Below are positions 24,386 through 34,831 of a stretch of 37,775 bases of DNA, piece by piece. The stretch spans positions 7,758,746 to 7,796,520 of the forward strand of contig MU054001.1 of NCBI GenBank assembly GCA_013239625.1, in the 5' to 3' direction. The DNA comes from Lama guanicoe. Taxonomy: Eukaryota. Position numbers and translations under genes: made by a program. The notes beneath the pieces were generated by a model, which saw only the letters and a program-made list of their open reading frames with translations, made no database searches and was not told where the DNA came from. Position 1 is the stretch's first letter; the number at the start of each line of letters is the position of its first letter.

Positions 24386-25489
24386 GCCTTGTCAGACTTC
24401 ATGGGCATGTTTTCTCTACTAATTCCGGTACCTCCCTGTTATACCTGGAATGGTAAAGTGGGTCAATTTTGGAGACTTTCAGAAAACGTACGATTTAAGT
24501 GCCTCAGGACTGTTTCACAAAGCTCAGTGTTCTTTGATGCTTCTGAAGCACCGCAGTGCTTTTCGTCTGAAAGATGTTAGGTCTTAATCCTTTGACGATG
24601 ACGTGGTTGCAAATGAGGTAGAGGTGCAAAACCAGACTTAGCAGCTTCTGAAGAGAAACTCTCTAGTTCTCCCTTGATCAGCATTCTTCCACGGGATGTA
24701 ACTCTGCTGCAGTGTAAGCCTGAGCTTTATTTATGGAGTGAGGGTTTGATATCCAAAGTTAGCATAAAACGGTCAGATGAAGAAAATCGACGTTGACAAT
24801 TTTTTTTTGGTTTCATTAGTCAAGATATACTATGAGTTAATGACCCATATAGCAAATGAAATTGAGTACAGGAAATTGCATTTCTTACTTTCTATTTAGA
24901 GTTCTCTTACAGCATATGGTTGCCAGCTTTGGAACATCATCTCCACCACTAGCGCACCTGTCAGTGTGTTGGTGTGATTGCATTTACACAGTGAATGTAA
25001 TCTGGGCTTCCTCAGCCCCAAACACTCCAGTGCAGAATCACGGGCTGTAGCCATCACTTAGTCATGCAAATACTTCTAAAATTATATGATGCCAGAAAAG
25101 AAAGTAGAGAGAGAGAGAGATTGCCTTTATCAAAATTCCTTTCAATTCTAACTGCAAACTGTTGTTGAGCAGCTCTGGTTTCCTTTGGATATGAATATAT
25201 ACATTTCTTTGCATGTAACCTGGGCTTTGGACTAGAACACCAAGCTCTTACTATCCACAAGCCACAAAAATAGTAGCCAAATTGCATATGTGTGGAATAG
25301 TTTATACTTTTTTTCTAAGAAAGTATCCTTGAATTTGGGACTTTGGCTGTGATTTTTGCTTTTTGCTTCCCCCACCCTTCTTGTAATCTCTCACTCCTTC
25401 CCACGTGGCCCCCAAGAGTTCGTGGTCTCAAAAGAGTGGGCAAACACCCAGTTGGTCACCATGTACTGCTGCTATAGATAGAGCCCAGC

Positions 25490-26300
25490 CAAGCCCTAAA
25501 GGACATTATCAGAGAGGACTTCCTTGAAGAAATGGGCCCTACATTCAGTTGTGAGGACAGAGTAAAAGTCAGCCAGGAGAAGGATACAAGAATGTGGCTC
25601 TGGAGGCAGGTGTAGCCCGGGCAGTGGCCTGGAGGCTTTTGGTGTGGGGACACGGGGAGAGTGCCCTGTTTGGTCCAGGGTGGAGGTTGCCCCTGCTGGG
25701 GAGGACACTGGAGAGTGTCCTGAGTGGAGGGCTTTTGAAGAGTTTGGGTTTCACTAGAACTGACACAGTAGGCAGTGAATGGTGTCATCAGAAAGTGACG
25801 CTCAGGAAAGGTTCTTCTGGTTTTGCTTCTGATATTCTACAGACAGAAGGGTCAGGACGAGCGAGAGCAGGTATGTCTGTCCCTTTGAGACCCATCCCAT
25901 CATTCATTTGTTCATAACACGTGCACTTCTGAGTGTCAAGGGGGGAACATGTTCAGCCACATTAGTAAGCAAAATGTATTTGGTTCTTGTGAGCTTAGCA
26001 TTGTCAGAAGTTGAATTAGCCTAGAATGTTCTAGGAACAGAGGAACAATTGGGGGAGGTTGGAGGGAGGGAAGGCTTCCTTGGGAAACAGTCAAAATGAG
26101 CCTGGAGGCAAGTGGGAAGTAGGAGCAGGTCAGGGGGCTCCTGAGGTCACTGGGGACCTGTGTCCTGACGTGAGACTGGGCGAGCATTGTCTGGGTTGGG
26201 GCTAGAATTCCACCAGGGAGCCTCTGAAGGGTTTGAAGTGGGGTGATGTAATCAAATTTGTGATTTGGGAAGGCTGCCATGGCTCTGTGTGTGTGTGTGT
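25490..26300 (-). mobile_element. L2 LINE fragments (patchy)
   Basis: tcagagaggacttccttgaagaaatg; cattcatttgttcataac; gggagcctctgaagggtttgaagtggggtgatgtaatcaaatttgtgattt. Confidence 0.5.
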
Positions 26301-26302
26301 GT
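26286..26302. repeat. (TG)n microsatellite
   Basis: tgtgtgtgtgtgtgtgt. Confidence 0.85.
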
Positions 26303-27572
26303 CTGTACCAGGGAAGAGGCGGCGGGTGCCACCAAATTGGGGGGGTCATTAGAAGACCATTCACAGGCTGGAAGAGGGGCGTCGGGACTGCTTGGGGACG
26401 GCAGGGGCAGTGTGGATGCCGGATTTCCTTATGGGGAAGGCTTGTTAGCGGGGCCGTCCTAGAGGCGACTTTTGGCTGGAAGAAAACACATGGAGGCTGC
26501 CAGGTGGAATTTCCTCTTCTCTCCTTCCCTGCCTTGTGTGATGACTTTAGCTCAGCTAACTTTGGAACAGAAGAGCTAAGTTCCATGGTAGCCCAGTACT
26601 TTGCTGAGCTTGTTTGAATGAGATCTGATAGGATTTAAGTTTGTGTTCAGATCTGCATGTTCACTTAGCTTTAAACGTCCCGTCATTTTGATTTCCATAG
26701 GGGTTTTTATTCTTCATAAAGATTGCTTCCTTGGTGAGTGGAAATTTAATACAGCTGTTGTCTTTCTCAATAAAAACCTATCTTTTAAGAACTTTAATAT
26801 TCAAAAGAATAGGAATATATAAAAATGTTAAAGTAAGTCTTTGGTGTAGTTTCTTTGGTTTCTGAGCTAATGTGGAGTTAGAGCCTTTGCATTACTTAGT
26901 AGCACATCCTTGTCAGTATTTAAAGAGCTGTTAGTGATCGTAACAGGCCCCACTTCTCAAAACATCATTAAACTTTGCTCTGAAATATTGATGTCATAAA
27001 GGAATTTTTTGCAGAAATCAAAAAGTTGGTTTATAATAAGCAGCATTGCTACATTTGTAAAATAACAATAGGTTCAAAATTAAGAAAGTGGAGGATAATT
27101 GATTTTTTTAAACCTGAAACATAAACTTTCTTGTGCTAATGTTGCAACTGGAAATTTTGAAAAGAAAAATCCTACTGTAATATCATCTACATGGAATACA
27201 TAGATGACAATACATAGATTCACGTTTGAAAAGTAACTGCACAGTGGTTTTTAAAGTCAGGAGCATTCCAGCTCAGTTACTGGCAGTGGTGGTTGCTGGT
27301 TTTCAATGGAAGAGCCTAAATTTGCTTTTTTTTTTTGGTTTGTGCCTTTTTCATTTTATTAAATTGGCATTGTTTAAAAAAAATCACAACCATTTTATCA
27401 AAGAAAACGTATGTATAAATATTTTACAAATGAAACATTACTAAAAAAAAAACATTACTTTTTTTTTTTTGTAGTGAGAGTGTTGAGTAGTGCTTTGCCA
27501 GCATGATTTTGGGGCAATTTGATGGCAGATGTGTACCAGCAGTGAGATATTTCCATGCATTTTAGTTTTCGG

Positions 27573-27693
27573 ACATCACCAGGGCACATGTGGGTTTTGT
27601 GCCTGCAGGCTGGGATGCTGCAGGGCTCCCTGAACCATCACCGTTATGTCTTGGTGCTGCTCCAGCCAGTGAATGATTTTCTAAGTCTTGGAT
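27573..27693 (+). pseudogene. TRAPPC9: Degenerate copy of the second coding exon of TRAPPC9
   Basis: From 27597: [32 protein letters not shown], versus recalled human [32 protein letters not shown]. A GT donor follows at the expected phase-1 position (27694). The 5' part has deletions and the apparent acceptor is mutated (ttttcgg|acatcac). Confidence 0.85.
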
Positions 27694-28043
27694 GTAATGT
27701 GGTCTGATGCAGATGATCAGATGTGCAGTTAAATTGCTATTACTTGAAATAAGAGTAACCTAGAAACATGGCTCTAACAATACAGGATGAGGGAGGAGAA
27801 TTGGTTGAGCTGCTTACAGTGGGGCGTTTCTCAGGTGACTCCCTCAACGTGATTCTTGCCAATGTCCGCCCCAGACCTCCATGGTAGTCCTGCCGAAGCA
27901 AGCATACACTTTGCTCAGAAACGCACTGAATTTCCTTGTGCCTGTTTGTTGGCTTTTTTTGAAAGCACATCATGCCCTTTGCTTAAATGCCATCCATGCT
28001 ACTCACCTCTTAAATTCATTCTTCTGGACTTCGTCCATATGTA

Positions 28044-28570
28044 GCTGCTGAATGGATGAACAGAATGCTGTATCTCCATGTAGTGGAACATTATTCACAC
28101 ATAAGAGTGAATAAACAAAAAAAAATAAGGAGGAAAATGAAAAAACCACCTGTTCTGGGAAGTCCACCCTGACTGTTCAACCCGCCCTTTTCCCTTTGAA
28201 ACCCAATCGCTTATGCTCCACTCTACTCTATTTGATAGTACTTACCAACTTCTAATAAACTTTAACGTTTTCAAAAACAAAAAAAAGAGATGCTGATACC
28301 ACTTCAACATTGAAAAGCCTTGATAACATCATGTTAAGTGAAAGGAAGCAGACACAAACGGCCACATATTGTTGAATTCAGTGATCTGAAATGCCCAGAA
28401 AAGGCACATGCAGAAGCAGAAAGCAGGTGATGGTTGCAAGGGGTTGGGTGGAGGGGGATTAGGGAGTGACTGCTAGTGACAAGGGGATTCTTTTGGGGTG
28501 ATGAAGTGTTCTGGAAATAGATGGTGGTGAGGGCTGCACAACCGTGAGAGTGCAGAAGACTGCTGAGCGC
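28044..28570 (+). mobile_element. L1MB-like 3' region, interrupted at 28113-28286
   Basis: gaatggatgaacagaatg...catgttaagtgaaaggaagcagacacaaacggccacatattg...ttttggggtgatgaagtgttctggaaatagatggtggtgagggctgcacaac. Confidence 0.85.
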
Positions 28571-29646
28571 TGTTTCTGGGAGGGCCTGTGGTTGGGATGG
28601 CTTTATTTTTTTCTCATCCTGCAATGTGAAGTGTCATCTTGTGCTGAGGCCGTTCTACTCGTGTGAGTGGTGAGACTCAGAGACTTTGCAGAGTCATGTT
28701 TCTTATTGTCCCCTTTCTAAGTGTAGGCAACATAGGTTTAAGCCTGAGAAAGTGCTCCATATGCAGAAATGTCTTTCAGTTTTTCATGGTGTAAAAATCT
28801 TGAGAGCTTTTTCATCATTGAGGACAATCTGTAGGGGGAAATAGCCCGTGAAGCCTGGGTGAGACTGGGAAGAGTCGCGCTTCCCTCCCAGACATGGGTG
28901 GGGATTTCACCCCCGTTCAGGTAGTGAAGGGCACAGACGCGTGAGCAGAGTTGACACTCGTGAATATTTACATGTATCCACTGCTTCATCTTGGATATTA
29001 ATTTCAAGCTGAGTCAGTTTGTGGCGGCAGCCTCATCCTACATCAGGAATCTATAGTATCTGCTCTTTGAGGTGAAGACCTGGCAGACATGATTATTTAA
29101 CAGTCTCCCTTGAATTGATATCTCACATTCCTTTGTCAAAAGCAAAACAGCAGGAATACAGACATCCTTTAATGCCAATGTGACCTGGAATGGATTTAGT
29201 CTCTGTGCCTCAGTGGCCTTATCTTCGGGTGGGGAAGATGATAACAGTGCTTCCCTCAGAGGGGCTGGTGAGGGGAGAGTGACAAGCACAAATGGAGGAC
29301 TTACAGGCGATTCTCATGAATGACCGAATTTAGTGCTTTCAGCCTGGTGAGGCCTCAGGGGCAGAGATGACAAAACAGAGCAGTCCTAGCCGGAGCTCGA
29401 TCCGGGTTTGCAGCTGTTATGATCAGTATCACCACTGTGGGTTATCGGGTAGTTTTAAGACTTGGTAACATGAATTCATGAATAATGTTAGAAGACTAGA
29501 CAACTCAGATCCAGTTTACAAAGTTCTCATGATTTCCTCTGAGAAATGGATGGTTTCTTACCCATCTTAAATCTGAGATGAGTCTCTTAAAAAATTCTAT
29601 ATTCCTCCATCTCTTTGTTTTAATTCTCCATTTCTTAAAAGCAAAG

Positions 29647-29732
29647 TTTTTAAATGGAGTTATTGGGGACTGAACTGAGGTCCTCATGCATGCTAAGCAC
29701 ATACTCTCCCAAATGAGGTATAATCTCCTCCC
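29647..29732 (-). mobile_element. tRNA-derived camelid-type SINE (short form)
   Basis: atggagttattggggactgaactgaggtcctcatgcatgctaagcacatactctcc. Confidence 0.75.
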
Positions 29733-29989
29733 TGATTTTTTTTAAACTTTTCTTTCTTAGTATTCAGGGCTTCAAGGCCTCTAATTCTTTTTCTGGAGAC
29801 TTGTGCATGAACCTGTGAATCTATAATTAATGGACAAAACTTGGTTTATTAAAAAATTCAGTAGAATATTCTGCAATCCATCCAAAAGTAAATGCTCATT
29901 GAGTTAAAATGTTTCTCCTTTAAGATGATTTCTCCTTTTTGGTCTAGCTTAATTTATTAACAGCCATCCTTATCATCATAATGACCAAA

Positions 29990-30170
29990 GTCGCTCTGAG
30001 TGGACACCTACCTAAGGCTAAAATGATTTCCTCATGTTTTATTTCATAGCAGGTGTTTGAGGGTAGGTATATGTGTCTCCTTTTTTGCAGCTGAGGGATT
30101 GAGAGATGGAGCAGCTTGTCCCAAATCACACGCAGCTGGTGGTGGATAGCTCGGTGCTGGAACCCAGGCT
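29990..30170 (-). mobile_element. MIR SINE
   Basis: ctccttttttgcagctgagggattgag...cttgtcccaaatcacacgcagctggtgg...ggaacccaggct. Confidence 0.65.
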
Positions 30171-30897
30171 GCACAGGATGCATTCTTAATTGTTCCTCTA
30201 CAGCCTCCTGTGGTTACCCGAATTCCTGTGACTCCATAAATGGCCGATTTTAGTGATCTCAGCCTGATGAGGACTTCAAAGGAGAGACACCAGTGAAAAT
30301 GTGAGACAGAGTGGCATAAATTAAAATTGCACACTTTCACAAATGTTTAATTCTCAGGTAATTACATAAAAAGTTACTTTTTTTTATTTTAGTGCTCTGT
30401 AAGCACTAAAAACAAAACATTCAACATAATTATTGTGCAAAAGTAAAGTGGGCTTTGAAAGTCCAACCACTGCTAATGATGTTACTTATTTTTCTCTAGT
30501 GGCCCTTATTGACAGAAATACTTACAAATACTGAATTGGTCTTATGTAGTATTAATATGGAAGAAAAGATTGTCAGTGAGTATTGTAAGTGAAATCTTGA
30601 CTCTTTTCTTTCCTGGTGATTAATATGTAAGTTGTTTTCATGTCTTAAGTACATTTCCTTATTTGTGAAATTTGAGTAATATCGTGTAACTTGTCTGACT
30701 GTGAGAGTTAGACGCCTTGCATACAAAGAACCCAAGAGGTGCTTAATAAAACTGTGCTGACACAATGACAGATATTTTAGAATGATCAACTCTGAATACT
30801 AAAGAATGTCGCTATTTCTGATGCATATTCAATATGTGTGTATAAATGATATATTTGAAAATGTTTTAAAGTAACAAGGATTTATTTTTTTATGCAG

Positions 30898-31010
30898 TAT
30901 GAAGTTTTAATATAATCTGTATCATTATATTGAGACAGGGACTAGGTAAATTGCCTTACTCAGACGACATTGAAGATTATTTACACAGAATATGTATCAT
31001 TACAACTCAG
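30898..31010 (+). pseudogene. Possible highly decayed remnant of a later TRAPPC9 exon (TEIGRAKNCLSPEDII exon)
   Basis: attgagacaggg...aattgccttactcagacgacatt...cattacaac resembles the recalled exon (ACTGAGATCGG...AACTGCCTTAGCCCTGAAGACATA...TATTACAGC). It follows a T-rich tract ending tgcag. By-eye match only. Confidence 0.35.
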
Positions 31011-33099
31011 AATTCATGGTGCCATGTAACCATCCACTCAGAATTTTAATTTCCTGGGTTTCTCACCAGATCCATTAAGCTTAGTAAAATCCACATTGAT
31101 CATTGTCAGGGAATAAACTTCTCTCTTTTGCGATTAAAGAAAATTTTGATTTTTTTCCTACACTCTTAACAGGTTTAAAACATCAAAATATTGATTTGAC
31201 ATGTCGCATTTTTAATAAAGAAAATAAAGCTCATGCTGTTTTATTACGTAAATAAATGTTTTTGTATTTCAACAAACTTGTATGTTTTCCTGGCTTTTTG
31301 AGAAGTATTTTGCAAGACAGATAACCTACAATTGGAAAAATACAAACGTGACTTTAATGAATATAAGCCTAGTACAGATCTGTTGGTTTTTGCTACAGTG
31401 CAAGACATGAGGCCCAGGAGAGCTTTGCTGCCAATAGCCAGGAGGACAGATCCCATGTCTCAGTTTCCACACCTGTAAAATGAAGTGGCTGGACTGGATT
31501 CTTTCCTCTTCTAAGATGATTTTCCATGAGCTTATTCTTCTGTTTATATTCAGGAGTTTAGCAATATCAGATTAAATACTGAATACCCTTCCTTTCCCCT
31601 GAAGCAAAGTTCAGTATGTGCTAAATAAGCTTTTAGTTATCTGATTCTCCTTTCTGATACTACAGGCAATTTTTGTGTTGCATGTTTCCCGGAAGCCTGG
31701 AATGTCTTTTTAGCCATAGGTGGCGCTGTTGCATCTTCTTAAAGTCTTAACTTTCCTGTTTGTAAAAGAAGGCTTAAACAACGTTATTTTAATTTCTTTG
31801 CTTAATGCTTCAGAAGAGCACAATGTCCATTATGTCTGTCTACATGGAAAAATTATTCTGCTTATATTCTAGTTTTATTCTGTTATCTCGCTGTGAACAT
31901 TTCAGACTTGCTGTTCAAACAATGGCAAAATCGGACTTTTCTTCCAGTGTTAGAAACCAGTGAGCCGGGGTTTTATAAAACAGCTAGAAGCGGCCTCTGG
32001 AGAACCTTAAAGCTGAAAAGTGTACTGAGTTCCCTGAGTATTGACTCCGCCACTGTGTGTTAATTTGTGGTATGAGATTTGGTACATATAGAAAGGGGTG
32101 TAGTTTTTTGACTTGCGTTTGCGTGCACGCGCTGCCACTGAGCCAAGTGAGCCTGAGTCAGTTCGTTTTGAGTTTTTCCCTCGTCTGTGAGATGGGGACA
32201 TTTGTATCAGCTTTGTAGAATTGTGAGAATTAGAAATTACGGAAAGTGTATACCACAATGGGTATGTCAGAAACTTTAGCTGCTGTTTTGTGTGAAGCCA
32301 TAATTTGAGAGTCTTTGGCAATTACTAAAAAACAGGAAAATAAGAAAAGCTGATTTTATGATGAAAGATATTTGAGGAGATTCCATAGTTCCTAAACCCC
32401 TAATTAAGCATCAGCAGAGTCAGGACAGTTACACAGTCACCCTGAACCAATGTTAAGCCACAGAATTATTTGTTACTTCATATGTGTTGGGGCTTAAGGG
32501 GATCCAATACTTATACACATGTTGTCTCCAGCAGCCAAGTGAGAGATGACACAAAAGAGTAGACAGGCGATAAATGTATTCTTGTTACTGATGAAGCCAC
32601 GTTCTCCATGAACTTCAGGGCTGTGGGAAAATGTGTGTCTTGATACGTGTCCCTGAAGTGGAGATTCACCCTGTCCCATGTAGCTCTGGGCCACAGTGGG
32701 CCTTCCTTTGAGGGGACCTGCCCCTTCATGCACAGGGCTGTCCTGCGATGGAGCTGAGCATCCCAGGTGCTTCCCAATGGTGATCAACACTGGAGTGAAA
32801 GGAAGGGTTTCAAATACCCTGCTTGTCTTCTCGGACTCACACCTCACTTTGTTAGTGTGATGAATGCTAACTGTGGGCCAGGGACCAGGGGTGTGAATGG
32901 AGAAGCACTCTCGATGGCCCAAAGGAGTGGTTAGGAGGCATCCCCTCCCTCGGTTTAAACAGTTGGTGGGATGGAAGAGAAGTGTTTGCCCCAAGAGTTT
33001 GTAAAAGGAGAAATAAGGATTTTCTTTGGGACTTAGACTAGCCAGGAAACACATAAGACGATTAGAAGGGAGACCTGTAAATCACTTTGATATTAAGTT

Positions 33100-33320
33100 G
33101 ACATTTGTTGAACACCGAAAATGTGCTACATTCTTTTCTGAGAGTTTTACAGAAATGAATCCTTCTATCTTCTCAACAAGCGAGTAAGGATAGTTGGATT
33201 GTTATCCCAGTTTTACAGTGTGGAAATTGAGGCACACAGAGGGTAAGTAAGTTGGCAAAATCACAGAACTAGTAAGTGGCCAGAGCTGGTATTTAAACCC
33301 TGGCTGTTGGGTTTTGAGGC
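33100..33320 (-). mobile_element. MIR SINE
   Basis: ttatcccagttttacagtgtggaaattgaggcacacagagggtaagtaagttggcaaaatcacagaactagtaagtggccagagctggtatttaaaccc. Confidence 0.8.
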
Positions 33321-34732
33321 TCCCAGAGATGGGCTTTGGGTGTTTAGCGTTATCGGCATCCCTGAATCTTTGTACCTCTGTGCATCAGTTAGCCCAGAAA
33401 TGACTGGGAAAGGAGAGTTACACAGGCGCTAATAGTCGTGTCTCGGCCACTGTGCACAGAGAGTGCACTGTGATTGGCGTTAATTGTCTTCTGGGCAGTA
33501 GATCTGTTTGTATAACAGAAATTTAGTCCATTCAGTTAATCTAGAAACCCTTCCTGCTCTGTTTCTGTCCATGCTTGCCATGTGACTGCCTGCCCATGAT
33601 TGAGCCGTGGAGGAGAAAATGTACTCATGGTTGAACTCTGATATTTCAGTCTGGTTCATAGATTCACGTCTTCTTTTACATTAATAATTTAAGTTTCTGG
33701 TTTTCTTGCATCAGTGTTTCATGAGTTTGGTTAATGTTAAATGACTCCATGGGAGCCCAGGGGTGCTGATGGTATAATTTCTGAGCACGTCATGGCACTT
33801 CTACCCAAGCAGACCTGGCTGGAGAATTTCCGCCTTCCTCACTGATTTCCCCCAAAAGCAGGGTCCTCTCCCACCACTGGATGTGAATTTGGGAGCTCTC
33901 TGAGTAGGCCAGAGAGGCGAAGTCCACCAATTATAAAATGATGAAGAACCTGGAAGTGGGTTTAATAGAAGAAATGGGCTTCCAGGTAGTCAGATGGGCT
34001 GTTCGAGTGCATTTGGTGAAAAGCTGTCCAGCGTCCGTGGTTGAGCTGTTGCTTTGCTGTTGAAAAGTCTGGATTAGATGAAGGGATTTTAAAAAGCAGA
34101 AACGAGTGATTTCAGGTGCTACGTCCACACGTTAGAAGTGATAGATGACCGCCTGTGTGAGGCATAGAAAGAGTGTTACAAACTTCATAAAATAACTTTA
34201 AAAGCTCTGCCATCTGAGTGCACCTCATATGGGGTCCAGTTCATCACTGGTCACGTTGAGAGGGCAAATAATTGATGATGGCAGAAAGGGGACGGGGGCA
34301 TCAAAAAGGTCTCAGTCATTTTCCCTTTTTAAAGAATGCAGCACAGTGTATTATAATTGAGCTTGTTTTTCATTGAAAAATTTTTAGTGTTTTCTGGGAC
34401 TCCCCAGTGCCCCAAGGTTCCATGCAGCTGGGTGTCCCCTCAGAGCAGCATGTTAGCGCTTACCCTGGGCTGACGTGGTGTCACGGGGAGCAGGACGGTC
34501 AGCGTCCCCGGCTCCTCCGAGCTCCATCTCCTCATCCGCAGTGCCGGGTTTCTCATCCGTGTCTACTTAATAGGGTTGTTGAGAATCACACGTGATGCTT
34601 CAGGTGTGACTTGTGGTTGTCTCTGTGATTGGCATATAGTCAATATTTGATAGAAACATTTGTTTGTTTAGTATAATTGTAGCACCTAGATTGCAATGGT
34701 TTTTAGTCTGCATTTTGTTTAAATATGCACTT

Positions 34733-34831
34733 ATTTTTATTTATTTTTTTGGAGAGACTGGGGACTGAAGCCAGGACATTGTGCATGCTAAGCAGGTGCT
34801 CTACAACTGAGTAATACACACCCTCCTTTTC
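34733..34831 (-). mobile_element. tRNA-derived camelid-type SINE (short form)
   Basis: ggagagactggggactgaagccaggacattgtgcatgctaagcaggtgctctacaactgag. TSD tgcactt at 34726-34732 and 34832-34838. Confidence 0.8.

Noticed and set aside
25936..26617. 216-aa and overlapping ORFs
   Set aside because: Overlap L2 fragments and a (TG)n repeat; no coding signature.
30204..30357. Exon-like segment with good acceptor and donor
   Set aside because: All three frames from the acceptor close early; a non-coding exon cannot be supported without RNA data.
30387..30411. 10-bp perfect hairpin ttttagtgct/agcactaaaa
   Set aside because: Short and AT-rich; expected by chance in 38 kb.
32494..33054. 186-aa minus-strand ORF
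   Set aside because: No recognisable motif or exon context; plausible by chance.
16656..34478. Three TGACGTGG (UPRE-like) motifs
   Set aside because: Scattered and unclustered, one lies inside a MIR; no functional support.
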